64,000 nucleotides of DNA from a virus (Duplodnaviria > Caudoviricetes). Positions 19,678-29,260 of the stretch are shown here, piece after piece (the stretch's first letter is position 1; each line of letters starts with the position of its first letter). The stretch spans positions 23,569 to 87,568 of IMG/VR virus record IMGVR_UViG_2563367162_000001; one strand, written 5' to 3'. The position numbers and the translations under genes are program-made. Below the pieces are notes generated by a model. That model worked only from the letters and a program-made list of their open reading frames with translations. It was not told the origin of the DNA and ran no database searches.

Positions 19678-20220
19678 ATGAAAGAACACTCTGTCAAAAT
19701 GGTCAGACTGACTCCCAGCGTGAAGGCCAGACTGGATGTCTTCAAAGGGAGTGACACGACCAGTGTCTGTGTGGACCGGATGATCAGTTTTTTTGAAATA
19801 ACCGGCTTCAATCCACGCTATGCTTCCAAGAACCCGACGGCACTGCTGGAAAAGAGAATGGAGGACCTTATCAGGATAGTCAAGTCCCAGGAACGGGATA
19901 TATTCAAGCCCCTCCTTGAGAGGACTGCCGGCTCGGCCGGCAGTATTCGGGACTCCCCGGACTATGCCAGGATGATGAACGAGATGCGCGACCTGCAGGA
20001 AAAGAACAGGCAGCTCAGGCAGCAGGTCGCGGACCTCGGACAGGCTCCCGCCATGGATGTGGAGAAGGAACGGGACAAGCTCCGCAGGCTGGCCGACCTG
20101 GTGAAATACCAGCTTGATCCGGAGAAGTTTCCCCGGGTGAAGTTCAGTGACGAGGTGAAGGTTCCCGTCTCCACCCTCCAGCTGCTCATCAAGAGGATCA
20201 ATGAGGAATATGTACTGTAA
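19678..20220 (+). CDS. Mobilisation accessory protein (BfmA/BtgA-like)
   Basis: FFEITGFNP and IVKSQERD motifs; overlaps the relaxase. Confidence 0.65.
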   Translation: MKEHSVKMVRLTPSVKARLDVFKGSDTTSVCVDRMISFFEITGFNPRYASKNPTALLEKRMEDLIRIVKSQERDIFKPLLERTAGSAGSIRDSPDYARMMNEMRDLQEKNRQLRQQVADLGQAPAMDVEKERDKLRRLADLVKYQLDPEKFPRVKFSDEVKVPVSTLQLLIKRINEEYVL

Positions 20221-21160
20221 GACGCACCGTCCGGTGAACACCCCGGGGGTGTCTGACAACAAGGGAAAGTGTGTCCAGCTGGTGGAATATCTCAGCAAGG
20301 AATCGCAGGACGAGCGTCCCTATTATGATAATTTTTTCTCACAAAAAGAGGATTTCGTCACCCCGCAGACTGTCAGGCTCCATATAGACAACAACCACAG
20401 GACTCTGAAAAGGAGGGATGACAAGTTCTACATGCTCTCCGTCAATCCGTCCGGTGAGGAACAGGCACATCTGATAGAGAGGGTGACGGGTAGGAAGGTC
20501 GGGGAGTTCTCCGAACTCTCCCCCCGTGAGCAGGAGGACGTGCTGGCGGAGATGAAAAGGTTCGCCAGGGATTGTATGGATGAGTACGCCCGGAATTTTT
20601 ATCGTGAGAGGATCACCTCGGGCGCCGATCTGGTATGGTACGGGCGCGTGGAAACGGAACGGCATTACAAGAATGACGATCCCGATGTCAGGGAAGGAAA
20701 GGCGAAGGCCGGTGACAGGAAGCCGGGATTGCAGCTGCATGTGCATGTCGTGGTCTCCCGCATGGACAGGACACAGACCATATCCCTTTCCCCGCTTTCC
20801 AAGAGCAGGGGCAACCGGCAGATACTTGACGGGCAGGAGGTACTGGTAGGCTTCGACAGGTCGCAATGGTCCGCCCGGTGCGCCTCGCGGTTCAACCAGC
20901 GGTATGACTACTTTCCTTATTGCCGGTCGGACAACAGGGAGCTGAGGGAATATTCCGAGAACTGGAGGATAAGAAACGAGATGCGGAACGAGGCGGTGTC
21001 AAAAATCAAACAGGAGCTCCTGCATGGGGAGCTCCGGGAGGAAAGGCGGATGTACATGGGTGTCTGCCGCCTTTACCGGTTTGTGGTGAATCCCCGGAAA
21101 GCGATCATCCGGGAGCTGGAAAGACTGGGAACGGACCTTCTTACCGGAAAGGGAAGATGA
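20201..21160 (+). CDS. Relaxase, MobB/DUF5712 family
   Basis: LVEYLSKE, KFYMLSVNPS and KPGLQLHVHVVVSR (HUH) motifs. Confidence 0.85.
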   Translation: MRNMYCKTHRPVNTPGVSDNKGKCVQLVEYLSKESQDERPYYDNFFSQKEDFVTPQTVRLHIDNNHRTLKRRDDKFYMLSVNPSGEEQAHLIERVTGRKVGEFSELSPREQEDVLAEMKRFARDCMDEYARNFYRERITSGADLVWYGRVETERHYKNDDPDVREGKAKAGDRKPGLQLHVHVVVSRMDRTQTISLSPLSKSRGNRQILDGQEVLVGFDRSQWSARCASRFNQRYDYFPYCRSDNRELREYSENWRIRNEMRNEAVSKIKQELLHGELREERRMYMGVCRLYRFVVNPRKAIIRELERLGTDLLTGKGR

Positions 21161-21171
21161 CCGTCCGCCGG

Positions 21172-22776
21172 TCATTCACACGGGAACAGACTGCGTACCT
21201 CTTCAAGTATCCGCGCGAAGTTCCTGCTGACCTCCCCCGGCTCAAGGACCCTGACATCCGGCAGTGCTGTTTCCCGGCTGTCATCATACATGGCAAGTCT
21301 CACCCTGAAGTATCCGGCATTGGCGCGGGTGGCCGAACCGATGAACTCTCCCGGCTCCAGGTCGGTAAAGTCCTTTCCCTGGTAGATGTCCTCCTTTTGG
21401 GAGGACACCGTCACGCTCCGGTTCATGCTCCCCCCGCTTTTCCCCGTACTCCGGGATTTTCTCTCCTTCTCCTCCTTTCCGAAGATCAGCGGGTAATACT
21501 TCAGGGCTTCCACATCCTTCGTGCGCCCGAAGAACTGGTTCCCGAAATTGGCTTCCACGGATGACCTGTCAAGCTTCCCGTACAGGTTCTCCAGTTTGGA
21601 TCCCGACTGTGTGAGCAGGACAAAGGCGGCCTTGTACTCACGCAGGACCGACGGCAGTGTCTCGAAGTTCCTTATGTTGACCGTCGTCATCTCGTCCAGG
21701 AAATAGACGAAGGGCACCTTGTTCTGCATGGTGAACTGCCGGGAGGATATGCTCATTAGCATGCCTATCACCGGGGCGTAGACCGAATTCTTGGAGAAGT
21801 TGTTGCTGACGGCGAACATTTTCGGCTCCTGCGGGTCAATCAGGTTGAAATCGAAGTCGTCCCCCGAGAGGATGTATGCGATCTCCTCGTTCTGGGAGAT
21901 GGTGGCCAGGTTGTTGCATAGTGTGGAGAGGTAGGAGGCCTGCGTCTTCTCGGATCCTTCCGCCTTCAGGTATGCGCCGGCCAGCATTTCCGACACGAGA
22001 TTCTGCTGCAGGAACATGGAGAGCTGCCGGGTGGACGCGGTCATGATGAAGGCCATGATATGCGGCAGCGTGCAGAATTCCGGAAACTCATCCCAGAAAC
22101 GGAAGGCCACCCCGCGCAGGATTCCCAGACCTCCGGACACCCATTCGTTCTGCTGCTCCTTCTTGGGGAGGAGCGCGAGCAGGATGTCCTCCATCAGCTG
22201 GATCAGCTCGGTACGGTCCCTCACCACCTTGAGGGGGTTGAAGCGGTACGAGCGTTCCGGCTTGTCGAAACTGACATAATACAGCTTGTGGGGATAGCCG
22301 TGCTTTTTGATCAGATTATAGGCCGTCTGTGTATAGTCCGTGTCCTTGAAGTCATAGATGAACCCGGCGAATCCGAGTCTGACATATTCCTCCAGCAGCC
22401 ATTTGCCTATGCTTTTTGTCTTTCCGGAACCGGCGCCGCCATATACGAGGAAGTTTGCGAAATGGTAATGGAATTCCAGGTGGGTGTGCGGAATCCCCGA
22501 GATCACCGGCAGCCGGACCGGTTTTCCGCCCCCTCCTTTTACTGCGGCCCCGGCATGCTCCCATATCCACAGAAAGGCTGCCACGGCCAGTGAGACGGCG
22601 GCGGGAAAGAACATGTACCGGGGAAAGAACAGGCGTGCCAGAAAGGTTTCCGCCGCCATGCAGCCGAGAAATACGGGCAGGTTTACGTACCATTTCCGGC
22701 TCAGTGTCGAAACCCCTGTCATCAGGGAGACTATGGCCAGAAGAACCAGCTTGATGTAAATGATGTAATGTTCCAT
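21172..22776 (-). CDS. Type IV coupling protein (VirD4/TraD-like)
   Basis: N-terminal TM segments, GGAGSGKT, YDFK, FNPL and FLDEM motifs. Confidence 0.9.
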   Translation of the reverse strand: MEHYIIYIKLVLLAIVSLMTGVSTLSRKWYVNLPVFLGCMAAETFLARLFFPRYMFFPAAVSLAVAAFLWIWEHAGAAVKGGGGKPVRLPVISGIPHTHLEFHYHFANFLVYGGAGSGKTKSIGKWLLEEYVRLGFAGFIYDFKDTDYTQTAYNLIKKHGYPHKLYYVSFDKPERSYRFNPLKVVRDRTELIQLMEDILLALLPKKEQQNEWVSGGLGILRGVAFRFWDEFPEFCTLPHIMAFIMTASTRQLSMFLQQNLVSEMLAGAYLKAEGSEKTQASYLSTLCNNLATISQNEEIAYILSGDDFDFNLIDPQEPKMFAVSNNFSKNSVYAPVIGMLMSISSRQFTMQNKVPFVYFLDEMTTVNIRNFETLPSVLREYKAAFVLLTQSGSKLENLYGKLDRSSVEANFGNQFFGRTKDVEALKYYPLIFGKEEKERKSRSTGKSGGSMNRSVTVSSQKEDIYQGKDFTDLEPGEFIGSATRANAGYFRVRLAMYDDSRETALPDVRVLEPGEVSRNFARILEEVRSLFPCE

Positions 22777-22793
22777 TGTGATGATTTGCTTGA

Positions 22794-23171
22794 TTACTTG
22801 ATTCTGTTCTTTACTTTTTTAAGTATGACAAGAGATATGCTTCTTGTTCCGGGCTGCAACGTCACAGGGTGCGGCTCACCTTTCCGGCCGGACGGGGTTC
22901 CGGCCATGACAAACATTTTGTCACAGCCGGGAAGGACGGTAGGGCATCCCCGGAGCAGGGAGATCCATCTGGCCGGGGAGATTCCCCTCACCCTCACACC
23001 GGCATGGCGGAGCGCATCCAGCACCGGCTCCATATCATATGACACGCCGGCCACATGCAGGGTGGTCCTTTCCCCGCAGAACCGGAGCTCCCTGCCCGCC
23101 CAGGAGAAGGAACGGAGTCCGGCGGCTTCCTCCCGGCGGACGGTCTTGTCGAAAGGGTCATTCATGTCCAT
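22794..23171 (-). CDS. Hypothetical protein consisting mainly of a module shared with two upstream genes
   Basis: LRHAGV...WISLLRG...TPSG motif; in an operon with the T4CP. Confidence 0.65.
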   Translation of the reverse strand: MDMNDPFDKTVRREEAAGLRSFSWAGRELRFCGERTTLHVAGVSYDMEPVLDALRHAGVRVRGISPARWISLLRGCPTVLPGCDKMFVMAGTPSGRKGEPHPVTLQPGTRSISLVILKKVKNRIK

Positions 23172-23175
23172 AGGC

Positions 23176-25797
23176 TTATATTTCCATTTCCGCCGTCTTC
23201 AGACTGCGGGCGTCCATGCCGGATATTCTTATCCCGTATCCCGCCGGCTCCTTCACGGCCATAAGTGTCCGCCCGTCCGGCAGCATCATGCCTTTTCCAC
23301 TGAAGACGGCCTTCCACCCGTCTCCGTCCAGGGAGGCCGGCTCGACTCCCGCCTCCCTCATGCGCACCAGCAGGGAGGTCACGTCCGTCCCGCCGCCTTT
23401 CTCCCTGAGAAGCGCACGGGCGTACCCGGGTGAGAGCTCGAGCCCGCCCTTTGCCGTGAGGATACTTTCCGGAACCGCGACAGCGGCCGTTCTCCCGAGA
23501 TTCGCGCCGCTGGCCGCCAGCATGCTCCTGAGCTCCCTTCCGTCGATATCGACAGTGAAGCCCAGGTTCCGCAGAAGTTTCCGGAAGGCGTTCGAGATCC
23601 TGTCCCACAGGGAAAGGTCCGTTCCGTCTTCGGCCATACGCGCCAGATATTCCTCCGTGGCTGTGCGTATGTCCATTCCCGTACCGGCCAGCCGGTCGAT
23701 CCCGTCCCTTGTCCTCCCGTCGCACCCGGCGTAGACGTCATCCAGAAACGTGTCCATGTGTCCGTCGCCCGCCAGTTTCCGCAGGCCGTAATGGGCGATC
23801 CCCTCATGCAGCAGCGTGCGCTCGATGTCCTCCTTCCCCCTGGCGGCGGGAAGATACAGGCAGACATGGTCCGAGGTGATATCATACCAGCCCCTTATGT
23901 CCTTTCCTCCCAGGATCCTGTCACGTATCCCGGGAGAGCCGACCTCGTTGATTGAACGGATGACCCTGACGGGTATGTGCCGCTTTTCCGCCAGGGATGA
24001 AGCATATTCGGAGAGGGCGGCCATCCGGTCATCCCCTGAAAGGGAGAAATCTCCCCCGTGTGCCACCTCCCGGCTGCCGGCCAGACGGAACCGCACGCCT
24101 TTGACATCGCATGCCCTCTTCAACGCCCCGTTTCTGGAATCCCTGTCCCCCTCATTGTAAGTGAATACTTTCAGGCCCGCCTTGTCCATGGCGCCGGTTA
24201 TCCTCGGGGACGTCCCTTCAGGAACCACGGCCGCCGCAAACTCCTCCAGATAGACGGGACGTTCAAACTTGGTCTCAAAATACATGGCGGGATATTCATT
24301 ACGTATCGCCCCGATCATCTCCCGCAGTCTGGCAACATCGGTGTCGGAGAAGTCGATTCCGTATTCCTCCTTCACGTACTTTTTCGGGTTCCCGCTCTTC
24401 GCCGCCTCCATGAGCCTCGCCAGCCCGTAATCGTCATAGCCGGTGGCACCCGGCTGCAGCTTCATGCCCAGGTCGAAGAACACGTCGGACCATTTGTCCC
24501 TGAAGGCGTCCACGTCCTCCTGGCTTGTTGTCAGCTTGCCTTTCTCCCGGCGTATGCCGTCCAGCGAGCCGTGCGCTTTCAGCATGCCGGCGGCAAAATT
24601 GCTGAAGGACACGCCCAGTCCCGTGGCGGCGTTCCTTCCCAGCCTGGTCATGAACCGGGACGCGTTCTCAAGGGTGTTGGGAATGTATTTCCTCATTCCG
24701 GAAGGGGTGAAGCCGTCAAAGATGACCTCCTTCACCTCATAGCGCTCGTTGAGACCGTCAAGCCAGCGGTCAAAATCCTTTTTCAACCCGTTCATTTCGA
24801 TATATTCCCGGGCTTTGAGCGTGGTGCCCGCGTCATCCGCGCAGCCGGCATGCGCGGCATCATTCAAGACGTTCTCCGTAAAATCGGCAAGCTCCCTGTA
24901 GTCATATCCCGTTTCACGTAACGCGTCCAGCCTCTCCCTGGCACGTCTTACGACCAGCGAGTCCGGATTGGCCCGGGAACTGATCTTCTCCTCCAGGCGG
25001 ATCATCTTCCCCTGAAGCTCTTTCCCGTATGCCGTCCTGTCCCCGGAAAAGTTCTCACGGATATAAAGCCCCAGCAGCTCCGACCGTTTCCCGGCACTGA
25101 CGTCATACAGGGCGGAGTTGTCCCCCATGATATCCCTTACCGCATTGTGGAGCGATTCCGGATACCTGGCCTCCCGGCGCACCAGCCCGGGCGCTTTTCC
25201 CTGTTCATGCAGATACAGGTATGCCAGCCGGTCGGCGGAACGCCCGTCCATCCATGAGTTGATGCCCCGTCTTGTCTCGTTCCGCATTTCTTCGGGTACG
25301 GACATGATGTCACCGGACGCCCTGTCACCGCCCGTGCCCCCGAACTGTCTCTCTATCTGAGGGTAGACGGGAGTCCATGCGTCCTGGCTCCATGTTCCGG
25401 CATTGCGTCCGCTATGCCTGTCTATCATGGAGGCGGGCAGTACCAGTGAGATCTCCCCGTATCCCTCGTGGGTCTGTCTGCTGATATCGATCACCGCCGC
25501 GCTCGGGTTGGCGAATCCGCCCAGCCTCAGGGCTTTTAAAAGACGCTCCTCGCTGATGTTGTGCAGTCCTACCAGGGATTTCTCCCCACCGCTTTCCCCG
25601 GCCTCGCGGAAAAGTATGTCACCGGTCTCTTCCCGGACCAGCTCCACCACTTTCTCCCGGGCGGCCTCCAGAACGGGGGTGTCCCCGGTCCGGACGGTTT
25701 CCGTTCCCGCACTCTTGTGACCGGCGGAAGGCTCCGTCCTATAGAAAGGGAAAAGACCAGTTTCCCCCTCCATGAAATATTTGTCAGAAATGTTCAT
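23176..25797 (-). CDS. Large polyvalent-type protein with zincin-like metallopeptidase domain
   Basis: 873 aa; LLHEGIAHYGL motif, YFETK motif and the shared C-terminal module. Confidence 0.65.
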   Translation of the reverse strand: MNISDKYFMEGETGLFPFYRTEPSAGHKSAGTETVRTGDTPVLEAAREKVVELVREETGDILFREAGESGGEKSLVGLHNISEERLLKALRLGGFANPSAAVIDISRQTHEGYGEISLVLPASMIDRHSGRNAGTWSQDAWTPVYPQIERQFGGTGGDRASGDIMSVPEEMRNETRRGINSWMDGRSADRLAYLYLHEQGKAPGLVRREARYPESLHNAVRDIMGDNSALYDVSAGKRSELLGLYIRENFSGDRTAYGKELQGKMIRLEEKISSRANPDSLVVRRARERLDALRETGYDYRELADFTENVLNDAAHAGCADDAGTTLKAREYIEMNGLKKDFDRWLDGLNERYEVKEVIFDGFTPSGMRKYIPNTLENASRFMTRLGRNAATGLGVSFSNFAAGMLKAHGSLDGIRREKGKLTTSQEDVDAFRDKWSDVFFDLGMKLQPGATGYDDYGLARLMEAAKSGNPKKYVKEEYGIDFSDTDVARLREMIGAIRNEYPAMYFETKFERPVYLEEFAAAVVPEGTSPRITGAMDKAGLKVFTYNEGDRDSRNGALKRACDVKGVRFRLAGSREVAHGGDFSLSGDDRMAALSEYASSLAEKRHIPVRVIRSINEVGSPGIRDRILGGKDIRGWYDITSDHVCLYLPAARGKEDIERTLLHEGIAHYGLRKLAGDGHMDTFLDDVYAGCDGRTRDGIDRLAGTGMDIRTATEEYLARMAEDGTDLSLWDRISNAFRKLLRNLGFTVDIDGRELRSMLAASGANLGRTAAVAVPESILTAKGGLELSPGYARALLREKGGGTDVTSLLVRMREAGVEPASLDGDGWKAVFSGKGMMLPDGRTLMAVKEPAGYGIRISGMDARSLKTAEMEI

Positions 25798-25864
25798 ATG
25801 CCTTTTGAATTTATAATCGGGTTATGTCATTGGTTTGCAACCTGCCGGAAATGTCATTAAAGAG

Positions 25865-25910
25865 ATATTACTTGTTTACTTGAAAAATAAGTCAAGCAAA
25901 CAAGTAATAT
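25865..25910. repeat. 19-bp inverted repeat built from TTACTTG(A/T) octamers
   Basis: ATATTACTTGTTTACTTGA / TCAAGCAAACAAGTAATAT, one mismatch. Confidence 0.7.
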
Positions 25911-25932
25911 TCATGTAATGCACATTTTACTT

Positions 25933-27300
25933 CTACATGTCCGCGCCGGCCTGGCGGCTGATGCTGTTTATCGAGTTCACGGCTTTCAGCGTATAGCCGG
26001 CGGGAGTCTTGGAGAGCATCAGCGCGCTTCCTTTCCCGGCCATGCCGGTGACGGTCGGCGGCTTAACGGCCTTTCCCTGCATGAGCGTGTTCCATTGCTC
26101 GGCCTTCATGCTCTCCACGGCGACACCTTTGGCACGCAGTTCCCGGATGATGTTTCCCATATCGCATCCTTTCTTGTCCGGGACAGCGGACGAGTTGAAT
26201 TTTTCACAGGCCCCGGCGAGTTTTCTCTCCCTGCGCTCGCCGGCCTCCTCAAGTTCCCGGGCGCGTTCCACGCCGCTGCCCGAGTACTGTGCCTCAAGGC
26301 CGGCCTCGTAATACTCCCTGTTAATTTCCTGAATCTCCCTGTCCAGTTTCTCAACGGCCTCCTTTACCTGTCCGGCCGACGGCTTCTTTCCTGCGGCCTC
26401 CCCGGCCTTTTTCGCGGCCGTGCGTTTTGCCGGGGCGGCGGAACTCCCGTGTGTGCGGGCCTCCTTCGTTTTCTTCCCGGCATCCTTCCCGAGCTCCAGT
26501 CCGTACAGGCTTGCGGCCTGCTTCTTCACCTCCTCTGCCGGGGAGCTGATGAGCGTCGCGGCAGTCCTGTCGGCATGCAGGACAGAAAGCTGCACCTTCT
26601 CCGTGGGATTCTCGATGTGGCGGATGTTACGGGGATCGCTTCTGACGGCGGCGAGCTGGACGGCCTCCGGAGGATCCGCCAGATACATGACGGTCTCCCC
26701 CCTGGCCTGCACGGCCGCGAGCTGCACGCTTTCCGCAGGGGATTTTATGTGACGCAGAGCATCCGGATTCCTCTGTATGGCCATGTGCTGCACCTTTTCC
26801 GCGGGTTCCTCGATGTGGCGGATGTATTCCGGCTCCTTCTGTACCGCCGCCAGCTGCACCTTCATGGCAGGTTCCCGGATGGAGGCGATGTGCTGCGGAT
26901 CCTTCAGCACGGCCATCAGTTGCACCCTCTCCGCCGGCTTCCGTATCAGGGCGACACATTCGGGTCTTCTCTCGACAGCCGCCAGCTGCACCTTCTCCGA
27001 AGGATCGGGTATGAAGCCGATGTAGGACGGTCTGGCACGTATGACGGACAACTGGACCCGCTCGCCTGGCGAGGCGATGAAATGAATGTTGTGCGGCGCG
27101 TTCCTGACTGCGGCAAGCTGCACTTTCTCCACGGGTTTGTCGATGAAGCAGATGACACTCCTGTCCCTGCGGACCGCCGCCATCTGGACACGTGCGGAAG
27201 GGTTGGCAAGCATGCTGATGGCGCGGGGATTGCGGAGTACGGTTCTCATGTCCCGGCTGAACAATGCCGCCAGGCGTTCTGAAATGGTAGGCATGGGCAT
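25933..27300 (-). CDS. Tandem-repeat protein (~23-aa PxExVQLAAV repeats, DUF4116-like)
   Basis: About 10 repeats visible, then a Lys/Ala linker and the shared C-terminal module. Confidence 0.8.
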   Translation of the reverse strand: MPMPTISERLAALFSRDMRTVLRNPRAISMLANPSARVQMAAVRRDRSVICFIDKPVEKVQLAAVRNAPHNIHFIASPGERVQLSVIRARPSYIGFIPDPSEKVQLAAVERRPECVALIRKPAERVQLMAVLKDPQHIASIREPAMKVQLAAVQKEPEYIRHIEEPAEKVQHMAIQRNPDALRHIKSPAESVQLAAVQARGETVMYLADPPEAVQLAAVRSDPRNIRHIENPTEKVQLSVLHADRTAATLISSPAEEVKKQAASLYGLELGKDAGKKTKEARTHGSSAAPAKRTAAKKAGEAAGKKPSAGQVKEAVEKLDREIQEINREYYEAGLEAQYSGSGVERARELEEAGERRERKLAGACEKFNSSAVPDKKGCDMGNIIRELRAKGVAVESMKAEQWNTLMQGKAVKPPTVTGMAGKGSALMLSKTPAGYTLKAVNSINSISRQAGADM

Positions 27301-27704
27301 CAGTTTTTATAAGGTTTGACTTCGGTCAGGAACTCCTCTATGGCCGCCGTGTCCGGCTTTCCCTCATTCCTGTCACTTTTCATCCGCAGGACCAGTCTCT
27401 CGGCCGCGTCCAGCACATTCTCTTCAGGAAGGAGGTCCAGGCCCAGCATTTTCTCCACGGCCATGAAGCAGGTCCTCCGCGAGGGGGCGTGCATGAGCAG
27501 GACGCTCTCCGCAGAGCGGAGAACCGCCACGAGCTGCACCTTTTCCGTGGCCGAGGGCAGGTGCCCTATCAGCTCCGGTTTTCTCTGTACCGCCGCCATC
27601 TGGGCCTTCTCGGACGGCGTCTTGAATTGCAGGATCATGTCCGGATCGGCCAGGACCGCTGCGAGCCGGGCATTCTCCGGCATCATCTTGTTTTCGGTTG
27701 ACAT
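27300..27704 (-). CDS. Short paralogue of the repeat protein
   Basis: PSEKAQMAAV and TEKVQLVAV repeats; start at MSTENK. Confidence 0.7.
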   Translation of the reverse strand: MSTENKMMPENARLAAVLADPDMILQFKTPSEKAQMAAVQRKPELIGHLPSATEKVQLVAVLRSAESVLLMHAPSRRTCFMAVEKMLGLDLLPEENVLDAAERLVLRMKSDRNEGKPDTAAIEEFLTEVKPYKN

Positions 27705-27933
27705 GGTTGTCTTGGTTTTAGTTATACATGATGTTTGTGGAACACGCACTGTGCCGGTTCCGGAGTGCAAGGTACGGAGGTTCGTCGCAATCATGTTGCG
27801 ACGTGCGGGATTTCGCGTCACGCACGCCGGCAACGGGACCGGAATCCTGTAACAGAAAACGCGGACAATCCGGAGGGGGGATCCGGTATTGTCCGCGGGA
27901 AAGAATTCAAGGTGGTGTGTGCGGTGATGTTTG

Positions 27934-28776
27934 TCAGGCGGCCCCGGGCATCTCCCTGTAGAGCATGATATCCGTATAGGACGAAGCGTAATTCATCCGT
28001 GCGGCGAACGTGGACCGGCCCGCCCCCCTGAAAGGATTGCCGCTTCCGGGATGCTCCTCCATCCAGCTGCAGAAATCCAGTATGGGCGACTTGGACGAGG
28101 TGAAATAGACAAACGGGTGTCCCTTCAGGACAAGCAGGACATCCAGATAGTCCTTCAGCTTCCAGTCCATTTGGTATGTGCTGGTGTCCGTGGCCATGTA
28201 GGGGGGATCGACAAGGAACACGACGTCCGGCGAGCAGCCGTATTTGTCCGCCAGCACCTTGTAATCGCAGCAGACCACTTCAAGGCCGTCAAGATAGCCC
28301 CCGCAGCGGTAGTCGGAAAGGCGCAGGTTGTTGTAGAAGCTCTGCTTCCCGAGCTCCTCCAGGTTCAGGGCGTATTTCCCGGAAAACAGCAGGGAGGATG
28401 AGAGGGTGATGTAATCCACCGCTCCTGTTTGTTCCTCCTGCCGGATGCGTTCGAGAAATGCCGCACGCAGGCTTCCGGTTATCATCTTATGGCGGGGATG
28501 TTCCCGTGCCATATCCCGCAGGTCCGCCAGCAGACGGTTGGTCCGGCCGATATTCTCCAGACGCCCGCGGTAGTTGTCGTGGTCATTGTAAATGACCGTC
28601 GCGTCAGGGCGTTCCCGTTTGGTGATGTGCGCCAGCAGGCCGGAACCGCCGAACAGGTCGACAAAGACCGTCTTGTCACCGAAACGTTCCAGTACCTTTC
28701 TGAATTCTGACGCGAACATGCGTTTCTGCCCCACGAAAGGAAGCGGGGCCTGGCTGTAAATGTTAGTCTTTTCCAT
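27934..28776 (-). CDS. DNA adenine methyltransferase (Dam-like, orphan)
   Basis: APLPFVGQK, VDLFGGSG and DPPY motifs; no adjacent restriction endonuclease. Confidence 0.88.
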   Translation of the reverse strand: MEKTNIYSQAPLPFVGQKRMFASEFRKVLERFGDKTVFVDLFGGSGLLAHITKRERPDATVIYNDHDNYRGRLENIGRTNRLLADLRDMAREHPRHKMITGSLRAAFLERIRQEEQTGAVDYITLSSSLLFSGKYALNLEELGKQSFYNNLRLSDYRCGGYLDGLEVVCCDYKVLADKYGCSPDVVFLVDPPYMATDTSTYQMDWKLKDYLDVLLVLKGHPFVYFTSSKSPILDFCSWMEEHPGSGNPFRGAGRSTFAARMNYASSYTDIMLYREMPGAA

Positions 28777-28867
28777 TATATAATCAGTTTGTCGTGAGAT
28801 ATAAGTGTTTGTATTTCCGGCACAAAGTTCCGCACTTCCTGCCATGAAAGCAAAAAACAGGCGCCAC

Positions 28868-29110
28868 TTATACTGCATGGAGCGTACACTCCTTCTTGAA
28901 ACGTCCGATAATCTCGTAGATTTTCCGTTCCGAAACACCATGCCTCACCGACAGGGCGGCGACGCAGTAGGTGACCTTGTCACCCTGAAGCCGCATACGT
29001 TCATACTCCTTGTACAGGTCGAGATACCTGCAGTCATCCGGCTTGAAACCCATCGCCCTCAGGCGTTCAAGAACCTCCCTGTTAAAATTTAGAATCTCAA
29101 ATAATGTCAT
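28868..29110 (-). CDS. Small HTH-like hypothetical protein
   Basis: 80 aa with a GVSERKIY motif; upstream of the methylase. Confidence 0.7.
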   Translation of the reverse strand: MTLFEILNFNREVLERLRAMGFKPDDCRYLDLYKEYERMRLQGDKVTYCVAALSVRHGVSERKIYEIIGRFKKECTLHAV

Positions 29111-29136
29111 AACGAATATTTTCTTAACTTTGCAAA

Positions 29137-29260
29137 GCCAATCATTTTTGTAACATAAAAAAAGCAGAACCGCAACAGAGGGTATTTGCCCCCGGTTGCG
29201 CGGTTCTGCGTAGTGTTACAAAGTGATTGGCGTTACTTTTAACAGGCCGGGGGCTTTTAT
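29137..29260 (+). ncRNA. Putative structured small RNA (long nested hairpin plus pseudoknot)
   Basis: TAACTTTG -7 box at 29125-29132. Stems GCCAATCA..TTTGTAACA/TGTTACAAA.TGATTGGC and GCAGAACCGC/GCGGTTCTGC. Loop GCCCCCGG is complementary to CCGGGGGC before a T-run. Confidence 0.55.

Noticed and set aside
25918-27282. Long antisense ORFs in GC-rich regions (also 45156-46181, 56685-57845, 10808-11797)
   Set aside because: They are shadows of well-supported genes on the opposite strand, with no recognisable motifs.
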